A DNA stretch of 64,000 nucleotides from Eledone cirrhosa (taxonomy: Eukaryota): positions 132,928,001-132,992,000 of the forward strand of contig OZ024745.1 of NCBI GenBank assembly GCA_964016885.1, in the 5' to 3' direction. The translations under genes and the position numbers were made by a program. Shown piece after piece: positions 42,126 through 56,811 of the stretch (within the stretch, counting starts at the first letter, position 1; each line of letters starts with the position of its first letter). The notes under the pieces are model-generated. The model was not told where the DNA came from. It saw only the letters and a program-made list of their open reading frames with translations, and did no database searches.

Positions 42126-42959
42126 CATGAAATTATCTGATTCGTTGAACTGCCGAATTTGCCTAAACTATATCCAATACGGTGTCCACAAAGTTTGGTG
42201 CATTTTTTATAAATTTGGCCACGTCTTTCGCTTGCAGTTATTAATGGGAAAATTGATCTCTTCTGAAATGACGTCCATCTTATATTTTCCTCCTGTGTAC
42301 AGTTTTTTTTAGGATGATGTTAAAAGGAACTGAGGAAGGAAACAAACTGGGTGAATTACAGCTATTGTCGTAAATAAGAAGACCCGTACGGTTTAAATGT
42401 TTTTACAGTACGTCAATCATGTAGTTGTCTGTTGCCGAAGTTGATATCTCCTATCAGTTATTGCACAACTTAATTCCGATTATGTTGGAAAGCGCTTTTC
42501 AAATCAATAGACGTGTGATACAAATCGCTTTGAAATTGCAAATGTCACTCGATCAAAACGGATCTCATTTATTATATCTACTTTTAATATTAAACCTGTT
42601 ATGTCGTCCTGTCAAGTCAGGTTTCTATGTGCAGTAAAGTGGTGACTGATCAAATAGATACTCATGCTATTATGACAAGTTTTTAAGTTTTATTTTTTTG
42701 GAAATTATATCATGAAGGATTGCGTCTACGCTTTTTGTTTCAGCTTTTAAATCATATGGGCGTTATATTATGAACACTTTCTACCAGCTAATGACAACCA
42801 TAATTGTGTACGATATAAGAGAAATCAGGGGGGCAGTGGTCAGTATTTAATATTTCCATTTTCTCTGATCTTTTTGATTCAGTGTTGGATGTTTGGGCTA
42901 AACAGTTGGTAACTGATTATCATCTACTTAGAGTAATGAAAAAAAATCTTGCATATCCA

Positions 42960-44621
42960 GCTAGACCTACATGATAAAGTGGGAAGCATGGCTGATGAGG
43001 AGTTCAGGACAAATTCAGAGAAATCCTTGAACAAAGTCAGGACTGAAAAGGAGTGGAGATTATTCACCTCATTAGTTAAATGCAGTAGGTGAAGTGACAA
43101 GTGTAGTGACCTGTGGAAGGAATACCCCTTGGTTCAAACAGGAAGTTAAATATGCCATCCGTGCAAAACGAGGACTTGGAAATAAGCCCTATTTTTGCAC
43201 TAACATATTACAAGTAATCGGAAAAAGTCACAGCAGTGTCAATAAAGGCGTCAAAGGTTAAGACATGGGTGGCCATTTGAATCCGACTTTAGATCAGCAA
43301 AAAAGTATTCTAGCAGACTATGCAACGAATTCGTAATAGATATTTCCACACCACGCCTGTGAACAGGAAGGCGTCTAGGGTTCTTTTCTTTTCATGGTGG
43401 TACATCCTCTTCGAGAGGAGGGCATATATTGTTGATATCCTGAATCCAATAATAGCATCCCTAATATTGCATCAATGGCAAAGGCTAAGCTCATGGATTC
43501 AGGGATCACCTGAGCAATTGAAGCGTTCACATGTGGCAAGGCATCGTAAGTGGCTGAAATTCGAACATAACATGTTAAAGGCCTTCAGTTGACAAGGTAT
43601 TGATTCGTGTGTGCCGGGTAGACCGAATCCCTTGAAAGGCAGTCGAGGAATGATAATCCCAATATTTATAAATTGAGGCAACAGAGATTTCTCTTATTAT
43701 ATAACAATCTCCTTGTTAAGCATATATCCATAAATTTATGCTCAGTGCATGGCAAAGAGATTGTAGACACATGTTCGAGTCCAGCCTAGTTAACGTTCAC
43801 TGTAGCTTTTGACTCTGAGATAACACAGTCGACCAAATATTCACACCGTGGCAGTTCTTCCCGAAATCGTTGGAGTATTGCAAATATGTGTATAGCTGTT
43901 ATGTATACATCAAAACAACTTCTATTGCGTTCCATGAGACATGTAGGAGGTTTTGCAGTAGTATGGAATCGATAGACAACTTCTTGGTGCATTTTTATTC
44001 CCTTTACGAATTTACTACTATTTATATTCGGATACGATTTAATTCGGGTGTCGCACACTGCTAACGTTGTGGCCTGTCACCTTTCCTGTTTCTAATTGCC
44101 ATGCAGACGATTGATATACACAGCCAGGTTGGAAGTTATACCAACACCGGCGAGGGTAGGATAAAACGCATGGTTATATTTAACTCGTCGAAAGGTGTTC
44201 TCTTTCAGGCACTGGAATAGTTTACTGCACAGTGTTGTAGGGCAGGAATGGAAATATGTGCTGTGAGGACTGAGACATTCTTCCCCTCAAGAAAGCCTAC
44301 ACAGTGCAATCAGCATGTGATGAAGATCCTCTGACATATGTGGAGCAATTCTAAATATCTCGAGGGCGAATTTACAAGTGGTGGAATGCAACAGACTGAA
44401 TTAAATGCAAGAATGGCTGTAGTGTGTGCACTAATGCACTCGCTTCATTAATAATAATTTTACATGCAAATCTAATCATAATCAGAGGCTGGTTAATATC
44501 CTTGAACTCGCGCGCTTGGGAATCAAACTGATTCAACTGGAGACATTTGCTTCTCGTCGGGCCCTCTGGGATACGTGCCTTAGGAATTTGCTCTGACAAG
44601 AAGAAGAAGAAGAAGAAGAAG
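42960..44621 (+). mobile_element. Decayed RTE (Expander/Rex3-like) LINE with (AAG)n tail
   Basis: TPWFKQEVKYAIRAK, FRSAKKVF, IIIPIF, TISLLSI, CGLSPFLFLIAM; heavily frameshifted. Confidence 0.75.
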
Positions 44622-46245
44622 ATTACTTTCGTACTTTAAGACCAAGAAGAGTTATTTTTTACTACAATTATTGGGTACTTTCTATATATATTTAGTTTGT
44701 TGGAAGGTATGAGGTATTATATGTTATCACGTTCCGTATAATAATCAAGCTTGATTCAGTATATTTCAAAGAAATTTTCTGTAAGGTATCATTGAAAGAA
44801 TTACTACTACAAATATCTCTCTATGCCCCTAATCTTCTCTATATTGTTATATCTAGAAACATAATCGAGGGTTATTATTAGATTATCCAATATTCTGCAT
44901 GCTATGTGAATTTCTTTATGTAATTTAAATTTCGCTCATGGAATATTCCATTAGCTCGGTACCAATTTATGTTAATCATTTAATAGATAATCACTGTTGT
45001 TATGGAATAAGTTCGTTTAATTTATAAGTCTGATATGGATTTGATAACTTCAACTTCGTATAACGATGCTCACTTAAATATACATATGAACTTTGATAAA
45101 CAATATATAAATATCTGCTGCTTACCGATATGAAATTTATACTTTTTCATAATGGGCGGGGAACATGCATATATGATCATCTGCACCGGAAAAGTGAATT
45201 ACATGACAAAATTATATTATTTATTTTCAATACAATCTGTCTTCCCATCGTAATATTTTGTAAATTATTTCCCAGCAGACAAATCGGCACAAAACTAGGC
45301 TACTCTAATTACTGGAAGATATATCTATAATATGCACGTGGCCTCTTGAAATATAGATGTCAAATTGGATGATACATGGCATTCTATGAACTTAAATATT
45401 GACAGTTATCTCGCATTCAACGATAGAATACCACGTGATTATGTCTTGCAGCTCAGGAGTATTTTTTACGTTAACACAGCTATTTACCTAAATTGTAGGT
45501 AAGATTATCTATTTATTGAATTGAATTGTATTCCCTATAGAACACCAATTAATATAATTTATTCAATTGCTCAAATTATAAAGTATCGAAGTTAATAAAT
45601 GGTTGGACAATCTGACAGATATAGTAGAACAGAAAAAGATGTTTGCGAAATGGTACAATGCGAAATGGTTTTGAAAACTCTTGGCCAATTCAATAGTAAA
45701 TAAAACCATATAAAATAAATAGAGACACATTCAGTGTTTTGTGGTATGGGAGAATATATGGCAGGCACTATATTTATTATCATTTAAAATTTTGTAATCT
45801 AAACAGACATATGCGATTTTGTACACGAAAGAAACACATTTACCGTTAATAATTATCATTATAGAACACTATTTGTTACTTTGGCAAAGATTTAAGAACG
45901 CATCTTGGCAGGAAATTCACATATTGATTGAAGTAATTGCCATTAATACCGTTGGAAGAAAATGATATGTAAATATACGAAATAGCTGAAGAAAAAGGCC
46001 TGTATATCATTACCATTTTTTCCCCAGCTTGATTTAATGTATTTAGAAATCTAGTTTCAACATTGTGGAAAACATTTGTTAGAAAAAAAAGAATAATTGA
46101 ATCTAAGATCAATTTAATGCAAAAATAATATTAGTGTTTGAGAAACGAATAAGAAATGAAGATATTAATATTGAAAAATAGTTCAATTTTTCATATAGGA
46201 TTCTTTTTGGTTTCTAACATTATTAAAGATGAAAGAAAATTTTAA

Positions 46246-46314
<69 letters not shown>

Positions 46315-46949
46315 GAGGGAGAGGAAGAGATAGATAGTGATAGAGAAAGTGAAATAGTGAGCGAGACGAAATAGATTTATAATCATCCGAATTCTCGGCT
46401 TCTTAATTGCCGCTGATCATTAAATTGAATTTTACACTGCTTACAATTCTTCATATGCTAATGTTTAATGTAAAGGAGAAAGTACGTGAAGGCACGGGGG
46501 ACCAAATGTAATAATGACTGCTGAGAACATGGTTCTATTTTATGCTGTCGGGTATCTTACAACATAATTTAATAGACCTCATATTACATAGAATATACGA
46601 AAAGTACATGTAAAAATATTATGGATGTATCATGTATTTTTGGCAATTCTATAAATACAGCTATCCGTAAGCACAATATCATAAAGAGATATATAAACAA
46701 AACTGAGAAGGATTGTATAGAGACGGTAGAGAAGCAGAGAGATTTGTGGATTAAACCAGAGCACAAGCGAAAACAGGAAGTTAAAAGCGCACACAAACCA
46801 ATAAATTGATAGCAAGAAAAACTGGTGATAATTGAGAGGAAATGCTTAGAAAAAAGAAAGTTGTAAAGTAGAAGTAAATAGTCCTTTTACAAAACAACGC
46901 TTTATAAAAGCAACAGTACTTGATATCCATGTATACATCCTCCAATATT

Positions 46950-46989
<40 letters not shown>

Positions 46990-47039
46990 TACACACACAC
47001 AATCATACACACACACACACATATACACATATATATATA

Positions 47040-47170
47040 TTTATATATAATTATTTGTCTTTCTGTCTGTCTGTCTGTCTGTTCCTATGCATTCCTAAAC
47101 GGCTGGACCAAATCAAATCAAATTGTACAAGGTATTAGACCCCGGGAGTGTCAATATGTATTTTGTTTTC
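47040..47170 (+). mobile_element. Possible Helitron/Helentron-type non-autonomous element head
   Basis: (CTGT)n followed by tcctaaacggctggacca..aaattg, an architecture typical of DINE-1/HINE-like elements. Confidence 0.4.
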
Positions 47171-47332
47171 ATTTAGATTAAAACAATATCACATTTCATC
47201 TAAAATAATATTTCTATAGTCAACTATAGTGTCTGTGTCTGTGAGTGTGTGTTTGTGTTTGCGACTTCGTTACGTACGTCAGGCCTCATAGAATTAAACA
47301 CACACACACATCTACTCATACATATAGCCTTA

Positions 47333-47552
47333 GGATGTTAGTTAACCGACGGTAAAGGGTAGGATATTAGTTAACCGAGGGTATGGGGTAGGATGTTAGT
47401 TAAACAAGGGTAGGGGGTAAGATGTTAATTAACCGAGGGTAGGGGGTAGGATTTTAGTTAACCAAGGGTAGGGGGTAGGATGTTAGTTAAACAAGGGTAG
47501 GGGGTAGGATGTTAGTTAAACAAGGGTAGGGGGTAGGATGTTAGTTAAACAA
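47333..47552 (+). repeat. 29-bp G-rich minisatellite, about 7.6 copies
   Basis: ggatgttagttaaacaagggtagggggta. Confidence 0.95.
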
Positions 47553-47564
47553 AGTTTCAGGGAA

Positions 47565-48030
47565 CGTGGAGACCATCAGGGGATGATGTGTCGAGAGAGG
47601 TGGTGTCCAGGGTGAACAGAAGGCGACATATACCAGGAGAGAAGGAAAAAGAATATGACTGGTGTCGTAGATAAGGGGGTGATCGGTGAGTTTTGATGTC
47701 GAGGATATGTCAAGGTATTGAGAATGGAGCTTTTGCCAACGATAGAAGGGCCAGGATTGTTAGGTGGATGAATGTTGGGCAATAAGTCGATGGGGGATGT
47801 ATGAAGATATATTTGAGTGCGTGTTACGAGAGAGGAGGAGAGGAGCTAGTGGTTGGTGGAAGATAGGAGCTCTTGGTAGCCTGTTGTGACGTCAGAAGTT
47901 ATAGGGTGGTAGAAATGGGGGCTGTGAAGCTGTAGATGTCCGAGTGTGGTGTCACATCAGCAGATGGAGAGAAAAGTGTACAGCAACCGATTTGATGAAT
48001 CGAACATCAATGTTTTACATACAGGGTCCG
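47565..48030 (-). mobile_element. Penelope-like RT fragment
   Basis: LLPNIHPPNNPGPSIV (cf. PLE LPKIHK...PGRPIV) and LLFTLDTTSLDTS..DGL (cf. LDVTSLYT). Confidence 0.8.
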
Positions 48031-48056
48031 TGGCATTGTGTATGTATACGATTGTG

Positions 48057-48088
<32 letters not shown>

Positions 48089-48096
48089 ATTATGCG

Positions 48097-48400
48097 TGTG
48101 TGCGTTTGAGAGTATTTGCGGTTACAATCAATGTGTTTATGTGTGTCACGGTGAGTTTGTGTGAATTACTAGCGTGTGCATGTGAGCGTGTGTAAGCGTG
48201 CCAGTATGGATCCGTCTGTGTGTGTGTGTGTAAGTTTGGATCTGTGTGTGTGAGTGTGTGGGTGTGGGTGTGTGCGTTTGAGAGTATTTGCGGTTACAAT
48301 CAATGCGTCTATGTGTGCCACAGTGAGTTTGTGTGAATTACTAGTGTGTGCATGTGTGTGTGTAAGCGTATGGGTCTGTATGGATCTATATGGGTTTGGG
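48097..48400. repeat. About 170-bp tandem duplication rich in (GT)n
   Basis: gtgtgcgtttgagagtatttgcggttacaatcaatg...gtgagtttgtgtgaattactag twice. Confidence 0.9.
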
Positions 48401-48439
48401 TGTGTGGGTGTGTATGTGTGTGTTTGTGTGTGTCTTTGT

Positions 48440-48810
48440 AGCATAAGAGAGGGCATATTCAAAACACTGTAACTGGAGCAGTAGGACGAAGTTGATAGAG
48501 AAGTCCGGTTTACGTTGTGAAGAGAAGAACATGTTTTGATGTGGTCTCTATTAGCTGAATATGCTTTGTTGTAGCCTCTAGTGACCGGTGGACGAGTATA
48601 AAGAGAAGAAATGTGTGAGGGGCTGCTACACAAAACGAGATTAGGGTAATACAATAGGTTTGCCAGAATTCAAAAGAACATACACAAAAGGCTTGTCTTT
48701 GCAGGTCAGTATAAGATGAGATGTTGGGGTGGTCATTTTATTTGTTTGTTGATTGTGTAGATATTGTTGAAGTACTGTATAGTTTGTTGGTAACGATGGG
48801 CATGTTTGTG
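48440..48810 (-). mobile_element. Possible PLE RT-thumb fragment
   Basis: LVLCSSPSH...L....VTRGY resembles the PLE R.ICS......L..RGY motif. Confidence 0.4.
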
Positions 48811-48832
48811 TGTGTGCTTAGGTCCGGCTTAG

Positions 48833-49161
48833 CGTGTAATGCCAAGGTGTGTGAGTATGTATGTGTAATGCCAAATGTGTGTATGTATGTATGTGTAATG
48901 CCAATGTGTGTGTGTATGTGTAATGCCAATGTGTGCATGTATGTATGTGTAATGCCAATGTGTGTGAGTATGTCTGTGTAATGCCAATGTGTGTATGTAT
49001 GCATGTGTAATGCCAATGTGTGTGTGTATGTGTAATGCCAATGTGTGTATGTATGTATGTGTAATGCCAATGTGTGTGAGTATGTCTGTGTAATGCCAAT
49101 GTGTGTGTGTATGTATATGTAATGCCAATGTGTGTATGAGTATGTGTAATGCCAATGTGTG
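48833..49161 (+). repeat. 24-28 bp minisatellite, about 13 copies
   Basis: Core tgtaatgccaatgtgtg with variable (GT/GTAT) spacer. Confidence 0.95.
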
Positions 49162-49224
49162 TATTGTTCGGTATATATGTGTGTCGAAATTGGTGTGCGG
49201 CACATGATATATTTATGTGAGTGT

Positions 49225-49272
49225 GTAGTAGTAGTGGAGGTGGTAGTGGTAGTAGTGGTAGTAGTAGAAGTG

Positions 49273-49325
<53 letters not shown>

Positions 49326-49548
49326 GGTGGTGGTGGTGGTGGTGGTGGTGGTGGTGGTGGTGGTGGTGGTGGTGGTGGTGGTGGTGGTGGTGGTGGTGGT
49401 GGTGGTGGTGGCGGCGGCGGCGGCGGCGGCGGTGGTGGTGGTGGTAGTAGTAGTAGTAGTGGTGGTGGTGGTGGTGGTGGTGGTGGTGGTGGTGGTGGTG
49501 GTGGTGGTGGTGGTGGCGGTGGTGGTGGTGGTAGTAGTAGTAGCGGTG

Positions 49549-49615
<67 letters not shown>

Positions 49616-49626
49616 TAGTAGTAGCG

Positions 49627-49710
<84 letters not shown>

Positions 49711-49720
49711 ATAGTAGTAT

Positions 49721-49782
<62 letters not shown>
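49225..49782. repeat. Compound (GTA)n/(GTG)n/(GCG)n microsatellite
   Basis: Direct reading; source of the poly-Thr, poly-Val and poly-Gly ORFs. Confidence 0.97.
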
Positions 49783-49966
49783 AGGTGCATCAGTTCAGCC
49801 CTGCTATCATATATATAAACCGGTGTAAATATAGTGAAGCTGTTATATCTGTATTGAGTCGACAATAAAAGAGATATATACTTGTTTGTCTCAATCATCA
49901 CAAGTGAAAATAAACTATTTATCTCACTCCATGTCCATCTATATACATACTCACACGCAGCTCCCC

Positions 49967-50038
<72 letters not shown>

Positions 50039-53000
50039 ACATGTATATATATATGTAACATGTATATATATATAACCTGTATATTATATATATATATATA
50101 TAAATGTATATATATATAATATGTATATATATATATACACATACATATACATATATATATATATACATATACATATACATATATACATATATATATGTAT
50201 ATAACATGTATATATAATGATATATATGTATATATAACATGATATCTATAATGATATATATATATATATATATATATATAATGATATATATATAATGATA
50301 TATATATATATATATATATCATCGTATATATATATCATTCTGTCTATCTAAATAACTGTAAGTATGCTGTGACCATGCCCCCGTTGAACACTCTTCATCT
50401 GCAAAACCCTTGTAATGTTGTTAAATTACTCAATAGTTACAATTCGCTTTGAGATCTAAGCAATACTTCTCTGTTACTATATTCATCAAAGTACACATAA
50501 ACCCTTTTTCTATCTTTTGTTATTGCCGTTGTCTTCCATGCAGTAATGCTTTCTGGTTTCTACTCGTACACACATCAAACCATGATGCATTCTCTTAAAA
50601 CCAATGATATTTCATTTGTGGCATACAGCGTTGTTGGAAGTTTAAAATGGTCATATATCAAACTGCGTGTTACTGGGAAACATATATCTTTCATTTTCCT
50701 TCTCTTATATATTGCAGCAGAAGCCATGTTTTTTTCGTAAAACTTAGCAACATTGTTCGAATGTAATATTTGATATTATGCTTTAAACCTTTCTCCTGAT
50801 CTATGTCCGTTATTTGCAATCTTTTTGTTAGACTAAACTATTTTAAGGGATATTCATGCAAATATATGCGAAATATTCTATAAGGATGAAACGGGTAATA
50901 GCTAGGGAAAATGAATAAAAAATAAGATAATTTTATAAGGATAAAGTGAGTGTAATAAATTCTATGAATATATCCATTTTTATAGAAAAGCAAAAACAAT
51001 ATATAACGTGTTCCCTAACCCCCACAAACAACAATATATAATGTGTTCCCCTACCCCCACAAACAATATTGTAACGGTGAAATATGAGACTAATGTTAAA
51101 AATGAAACATACAAAACGAAAAAATACTGTTAAGGACAATACATGGAATATACATGATATAGGGAATGTCTATCATCAATGTTACAAGCGCAAGTGCAAT
51201 ATACATTTATATATTTGTGGGAGTTTAAAGGTATTCTTTTCTAAAGGAATTTGCCATGTATACAACAATCTGAATTTCTGACAAAGGACTAGGTTGGTTA
51301 TATATCATCATTAATTTAACGTATTTTATAAGTTACAAGTTTTGCCTTTCACTACAAATATATAGCTAAACACTTGTTCTGAGAGATATTTGAAGATACT
51401 ATATATCAATTCATTCTTCTCTCTGACTATATTCAGCTTATGTTTCATATTAGTCGTCTGTTGATTTGAGCTGGCAGAGAAAATGTTCTGTCAAACAGGA
51501 AGCGTTTATATTTTAAGCATTTTTCCCAGCGTTAACATTTAGTTGGAGGAAAAGATATACTATTTGCCGTTCAAACACATACACAATTATTCCTAATTAA
51601 ACAACTACAGGACATACAGGGTGTAATGATTTTGATAGAGCAATAAGCACGCACTGGCTATGGGCTATTCAAATTAATGCCTAAAATAATAATGTCCTTA
51701 CGATTATTTGAGAGACAAAATTCACAGTGGGTACTCGAGTTGTCCGGTTCTTGCAATATTAGGTCTAACATCCAAAATACTAAACGGCATATGTAAACTT
51801 ATTGATCCAAGAGCCTTGCTCTGTCATTTTGAAATTGATAGAAATATGACACGAAATAAAACCAGATTACACCTGAATTGCCAATATATAGCGACGAATC
51901 TCTTTATAGATTTAATATTCATATTCTTAGCAGGTATCTTTTGTTTGTAAGCATTACGCAATAAACTGCATCTGAAATAATAATTGAAGAATAAAAGCAC
52001 ATCGCATCTGAATTGTCCATATATACTGGCACATTTCTCGATAGACATAATGACATAATATCGTTTAACGTTTGAGCAGCTTATTTTAGTTTGAAAGCTA
52101 GCTTCACACAATAAACAATCAACGAAGACTAATAATGATACGTAATAGCAATATTTATGATCTAATAAACATCAACCAAATTACATATAACGAGTGTTTT
52201 TATCTACTGAATTTGATATCTTAGAAAACGTAAAATATTTCAGCAGTGTGCTTTTCGGGAAGGGAATCACACACAACAAATAATCTATTTATTGAACAAT
52301 ATTGAAACTGTTATAAGAGTACTTTCATAACATTCTATGACTCATTTGTTGGATGTGAGTTCAAAATATATAACACTTGGAGGGTATGGGTAGATAGAAA
52401 TCTAGATATTGAATATGGAATGACCGATTATATTGTATCAGATAATCTTTCACGTTTAAATGAGGCGTAACCCATTAAATTGCTCGTATTATACTAATGG
52501 TTGTAATTGAACGAGAATAGTGTAATTATATGAGAATAGTGGATAGATGATTGTAATGTGATAGCATTGTGAGGCAATTAGGGTGGAATCACATATCAGC
52601 GGTGGTATAACTCTGTGGCTAATGATTTCGCTCCAAAGACACGCATTTGCAGGCTCATCTACACTCCAGAGGAACCTCAAGTATCTTGTCTACCATATCA
52701 ACTGATTTATGAACGAATTATCTAATTATTTAGATTCGGCTTTGGGATTAACAGACAGACGTATACACATGAAACATTATCTGGTATAGATTTGCAATGG
52801 TTTGAAATGTCAACGTGATGACTAAGACCAGACAAATAGTTTAAAATTCAAACTGCAATGAATTACACACAATGCAGTAAATATATACAATTACGTTGAG
52901 GATATTTTTCAGATTGTTTTAATCTATCGGATCATTTAGAATAACTAATGAGTTCATTGATTGTCAGGTTGTTAAGACTTAGTCTTGTGATGAAGCTCAT

Positions 53001-54664
53001 GCGAAGGAATAGTTTAAAATATGTGTTGCAATCGGCAAAATACTTCATATTAATATCTAATTCCTTATATTGCTTCCCATAATTTCTTATGGTTAGATGT
53101 GACGAAACATAATTGATTAAAATTGGAACACCTGCAAAATATTTCATTTTCCACATAGAAAATGTTCATTTGAGCGAGCTGATATCAAAACATGTATTGT
53201 ATTTAAATGGATTAAATTAACATTTATGACGAAAATTATGTTCTTAGATCGAATAGTGTTGTTTTGTAATCTTTGGATGTAATGCTTTAAATAATGTTTT
53301 CTCATTTAGACATACGGCAAGCGTTCTCAGGTGAGTGTTTGACTATATCGACCACAATAATAGTAATAGTATGTTATTGAATTTATGTCAAAGTTGTTCT
53401 GGGTAGGACATACGTTCATAACCCGACAACAATACTGTAACCTTTTTTTTTTACAAAATTACATCAAAAGAATATACTACCATTAAAATGTTTGTTTTTA
53501 TGATTGGCTAATAAGGCTCGTGCCTTCAGATCTTTCGGCTAATTTTGTTGAATGAAGGTATAGGTGTATTGTATGTTTTAGTTTAAAGAACCGCTTTAGA
53601 AATAGAAGGAAATCTTTTTATAAAATACTATTCATTGTAATATCATATACTAGAGCAGAAAATAAGGTATTATTCGTATATATCTTAATTCAAATTTGGA
53701 ACTTGGAGACCTTGAGCTCCTGTGACTTGTAGTTAAAATGTTCTTGTTATTAATATCATAGCTGGTACTTATAGCAATATTCTCAACAAGGCACTCTGGT
53801 TTTCTCCATCTAGGGCGTGATGTTGTACTTTAATACGTCTTTCTTTACAAAGACTGCAACTTTTCAATGAGAAAGTAAAAGGTAGTTTCGTATCACCTGT
53901 GGCCAATTTATTGCTCTCGACATAAGTCTCGTATATTTTGATTTACAGTTTTATATATAATGACTACAGGATATATCGTCTTATTACATTTTACTATTTC
54001 TTTTAGTATATCTTTGATGTCTCTCAAGTGAAATAATATGTCCCATCTTCTAAAGAGATATAGTTATATTTCCTTTGGTGCATGATATCAAACACAAAAT
54101 AGAAAACATGACAGAACAGATATAAAATAATTACAACATTTCTTCATACATTGCTCGGAGGTATTATATATTTGAAATTTGAAATTAGGTTAGAAGTTTG
54201 AATTATAGGAATCCTGCATTTTAAACATTTGTGTGTAACGACATCTATTTTATCTGACTTAATTAGACGTACGTGATAATTTCGCGAACATACGAGATTT
54301 GAATTCAACGTTCTCTTAACGGCAACCTTTCTACCAAGGGAATTAAATATCTCCTTGTGAATTGACCACTTTGTATGATATTGTTTCATATTACAGATAT
54401 ATGCTGATAAGACACTGGATTGGGGGAATTGTAATCATTATACAATATTTGACAATAAACTAGTGATTATATTTCATATGAATTCAAATATTACGGTCTG
54501 CGACTCGTCGTGTCATTATGCTTAATGCTTTTATTATCAAATCAAATGTATTTATAAACAAATGTGTTGCCCACATATTCTGAATTTAAATATATTTGTG
54601 TCTTTGCTTTGTTTCACACGCCAGACTATCAAATTCAGTATGCAATACTCGATACAAATATTTG

Positions 54665-54860
54665 GTCAATTGGCAGACTGGTATATCGAAGGATAAAAAA
54701 GGTCTCATAATGGCCATTGTTCCGGCTCATCCTGAGTACAAATCCCGACGGGGTGAGTTTTCTCTTTCATCATTGAAGGGTCGATAAAATATTAATATCG
54801 TGATTTAAACAAATCAGCTTATTACCGAAAAGGTGCCGGCCATTTGATTAGTTTAGAGAT
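54665..54860 (+). mobile_element. Old S1-type SINE
   Basis: attggcagactgg..ctgagtacaaatcccgacggg..tttcatcattgaagggtcgataaaat. Confidence 0.65.
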
Positions 54861-55673
54861 CAATGTTTACTAAAGTATATTAGTATCAACGAAACAATGT
54901 GGTATGTTGGGCCTTCTGTGGTTTACGATACCGTTTACAAATGTTTTCCACTTCGTGAAAAAAAAGACTTCCAGCTTAGGATTTAAAACTTTCCATATCC
55001 ATCTACAACAAAAGACACTCGTTAATAATGTTATCAGCGCATTTGCGTAATTTGACTTTCAGATGTAAAATAAAGGGTATGTTTATCCCTGTAAATTAAA
55101 GGGCTAAAATACGTGCGATTGAAAACGGTTGAAGTTAATGATATTTAATCTAAAATATCCCAACAGCCAACTGCTGTCCAGATTAATTCCTGCCGCCAGA
55201 AACGGCTTCTGTATCGAAGATAGAAATGAAGTAAGCGAGTATCTTAACAAAACTCTACAATACACAACACTCAGATTAATATCACACTGTAATAAATAAA
55301 ACATATTTCATATCATTCATTGTTTAAACTAAAACAAATCCTTGGATACTGTTATAACATGTATTGCTGGTATTCTTAAAGATAACACATACTTTGCAGA
55401 AGGAATCAACAAAGCTGTTCTAAACGAAGAAGAAGCTACCATGTATTGTATGTAAATACTCTATGAATGTCTTTGTAATGATCTAGATGGTCAGCGTTGG
55501 ATCTTAAGTTATATTGCAATTCAATAAACACACATACACACACACACATATACACATATAATAATACATAAACATATACGTTCTTATGAAACATGTATCC
55601 ACATATATGTACCTACAAATATATATACGTACACAGACACATACATACAAACACACACACACACACATACATA

Positions 55674-55708
55674 TATATACTTACATAATCGTACAGCTAA
55701 CCTCTATA

Positions 55709-55776
<68 letters not shown>

Positions 55777-55921
55777 ATATATATATTATATATTATATAT
55801 ATATACTTACATAATTGTACAGCTAACCTCTATAATATATATAACCTATATATATATATATTTTTTTTTATAGGTTATATATATTATAGAGGTTAGCTGT
55901 ACAATTATGTAAGTATATATA
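55674..55921. repeat. Direct plus inverted triplication of a roughly 45-bp unit within (TA)n
   Basis: tatacttacataatygtacagctaacctctataat at about 55676 and 55802; reverse complement at about 55868-55920. Confidence 0.9.
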
Positions 55922-55951
55922 TAGGGAAAGAGAGAGAGAGAGCGAGAGAGA

Positions 55952-56069
<118 letters not shown>

Positions 56070-56476
56070 AAATAAGGGAGAAGAAAAGAGAAACAGATAT
56101 ATAGAAAGTAAATAAATTCATAGCGTGGAGCATGCTCCTATGCCAGTTTGATTTTGTCAGTGTTTCTATTCAAATGTGCGTATATACGTGGATGCATTTA
56201 GGAATAGAAGCATATAGGTTTATATACATATGCATACATATGTTATTGGAAATCCAAAAAGTTGTGGTAATTCAACGTTCATCAGAAATCTAAGCATTGA
56301 GTTGTCAATTTTGATATTAAAATTATACATTTATCAGTAAAACGGAGATATAAGAAACAATCAAAGAGCAAAATAAATGGTAAATAGAGAATATGTTGTT
56401 CTGAGCTTGACAGCTTGTCATTATAAAGATACTCTTACAGCTGATTAATAATCATTGATAAACAAGTCAGTTTCAC

Positions 56477-56535
<59 letters not shown>

Positions 56536-56551
56536 AATATATATATATAAT

Positions 56552-56589
<38 letters not shown>

Positions 56590-56713
56590 TGTGTATCTAT
56601 ATATATACATATATATATGCATATATATTTCTAAATATAAATATGTACATATGTTTATACATATATATATATATGTATGTATATGCATATGTATATCATA
56701 TACATATTTATAG

Positions 56714-56803
<90 letters not shown>

Positions 56804-56811
<8 letters not shown>

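Noticed and set aside
42175-42330. Tc1/mariner-like terminal sequence tacggtgtccacaaag
   Set aside because: No partner TIR or convincing transposase motif
46590-46810. Possible terminal exon ORF (..MDVSCIFGNS..)
   Set aside because: No recognisable homology; composition consistent with chance in A-rich DNA
48833-49161. Repeat-spacer array resembling CRISPR
   Set aside because: Spacers are short GT-microsatellite variants rather than unique sequence; eukaryotic context, no cas genes
48738-50240. 500-aa poly-Thr mucin-like ORF and antisense poly-Val and poly-Gly ORFs
   Set aside because: Made entirely of minisatellite, trinucleotide and (TA)n repeats that lack stop codons by construction
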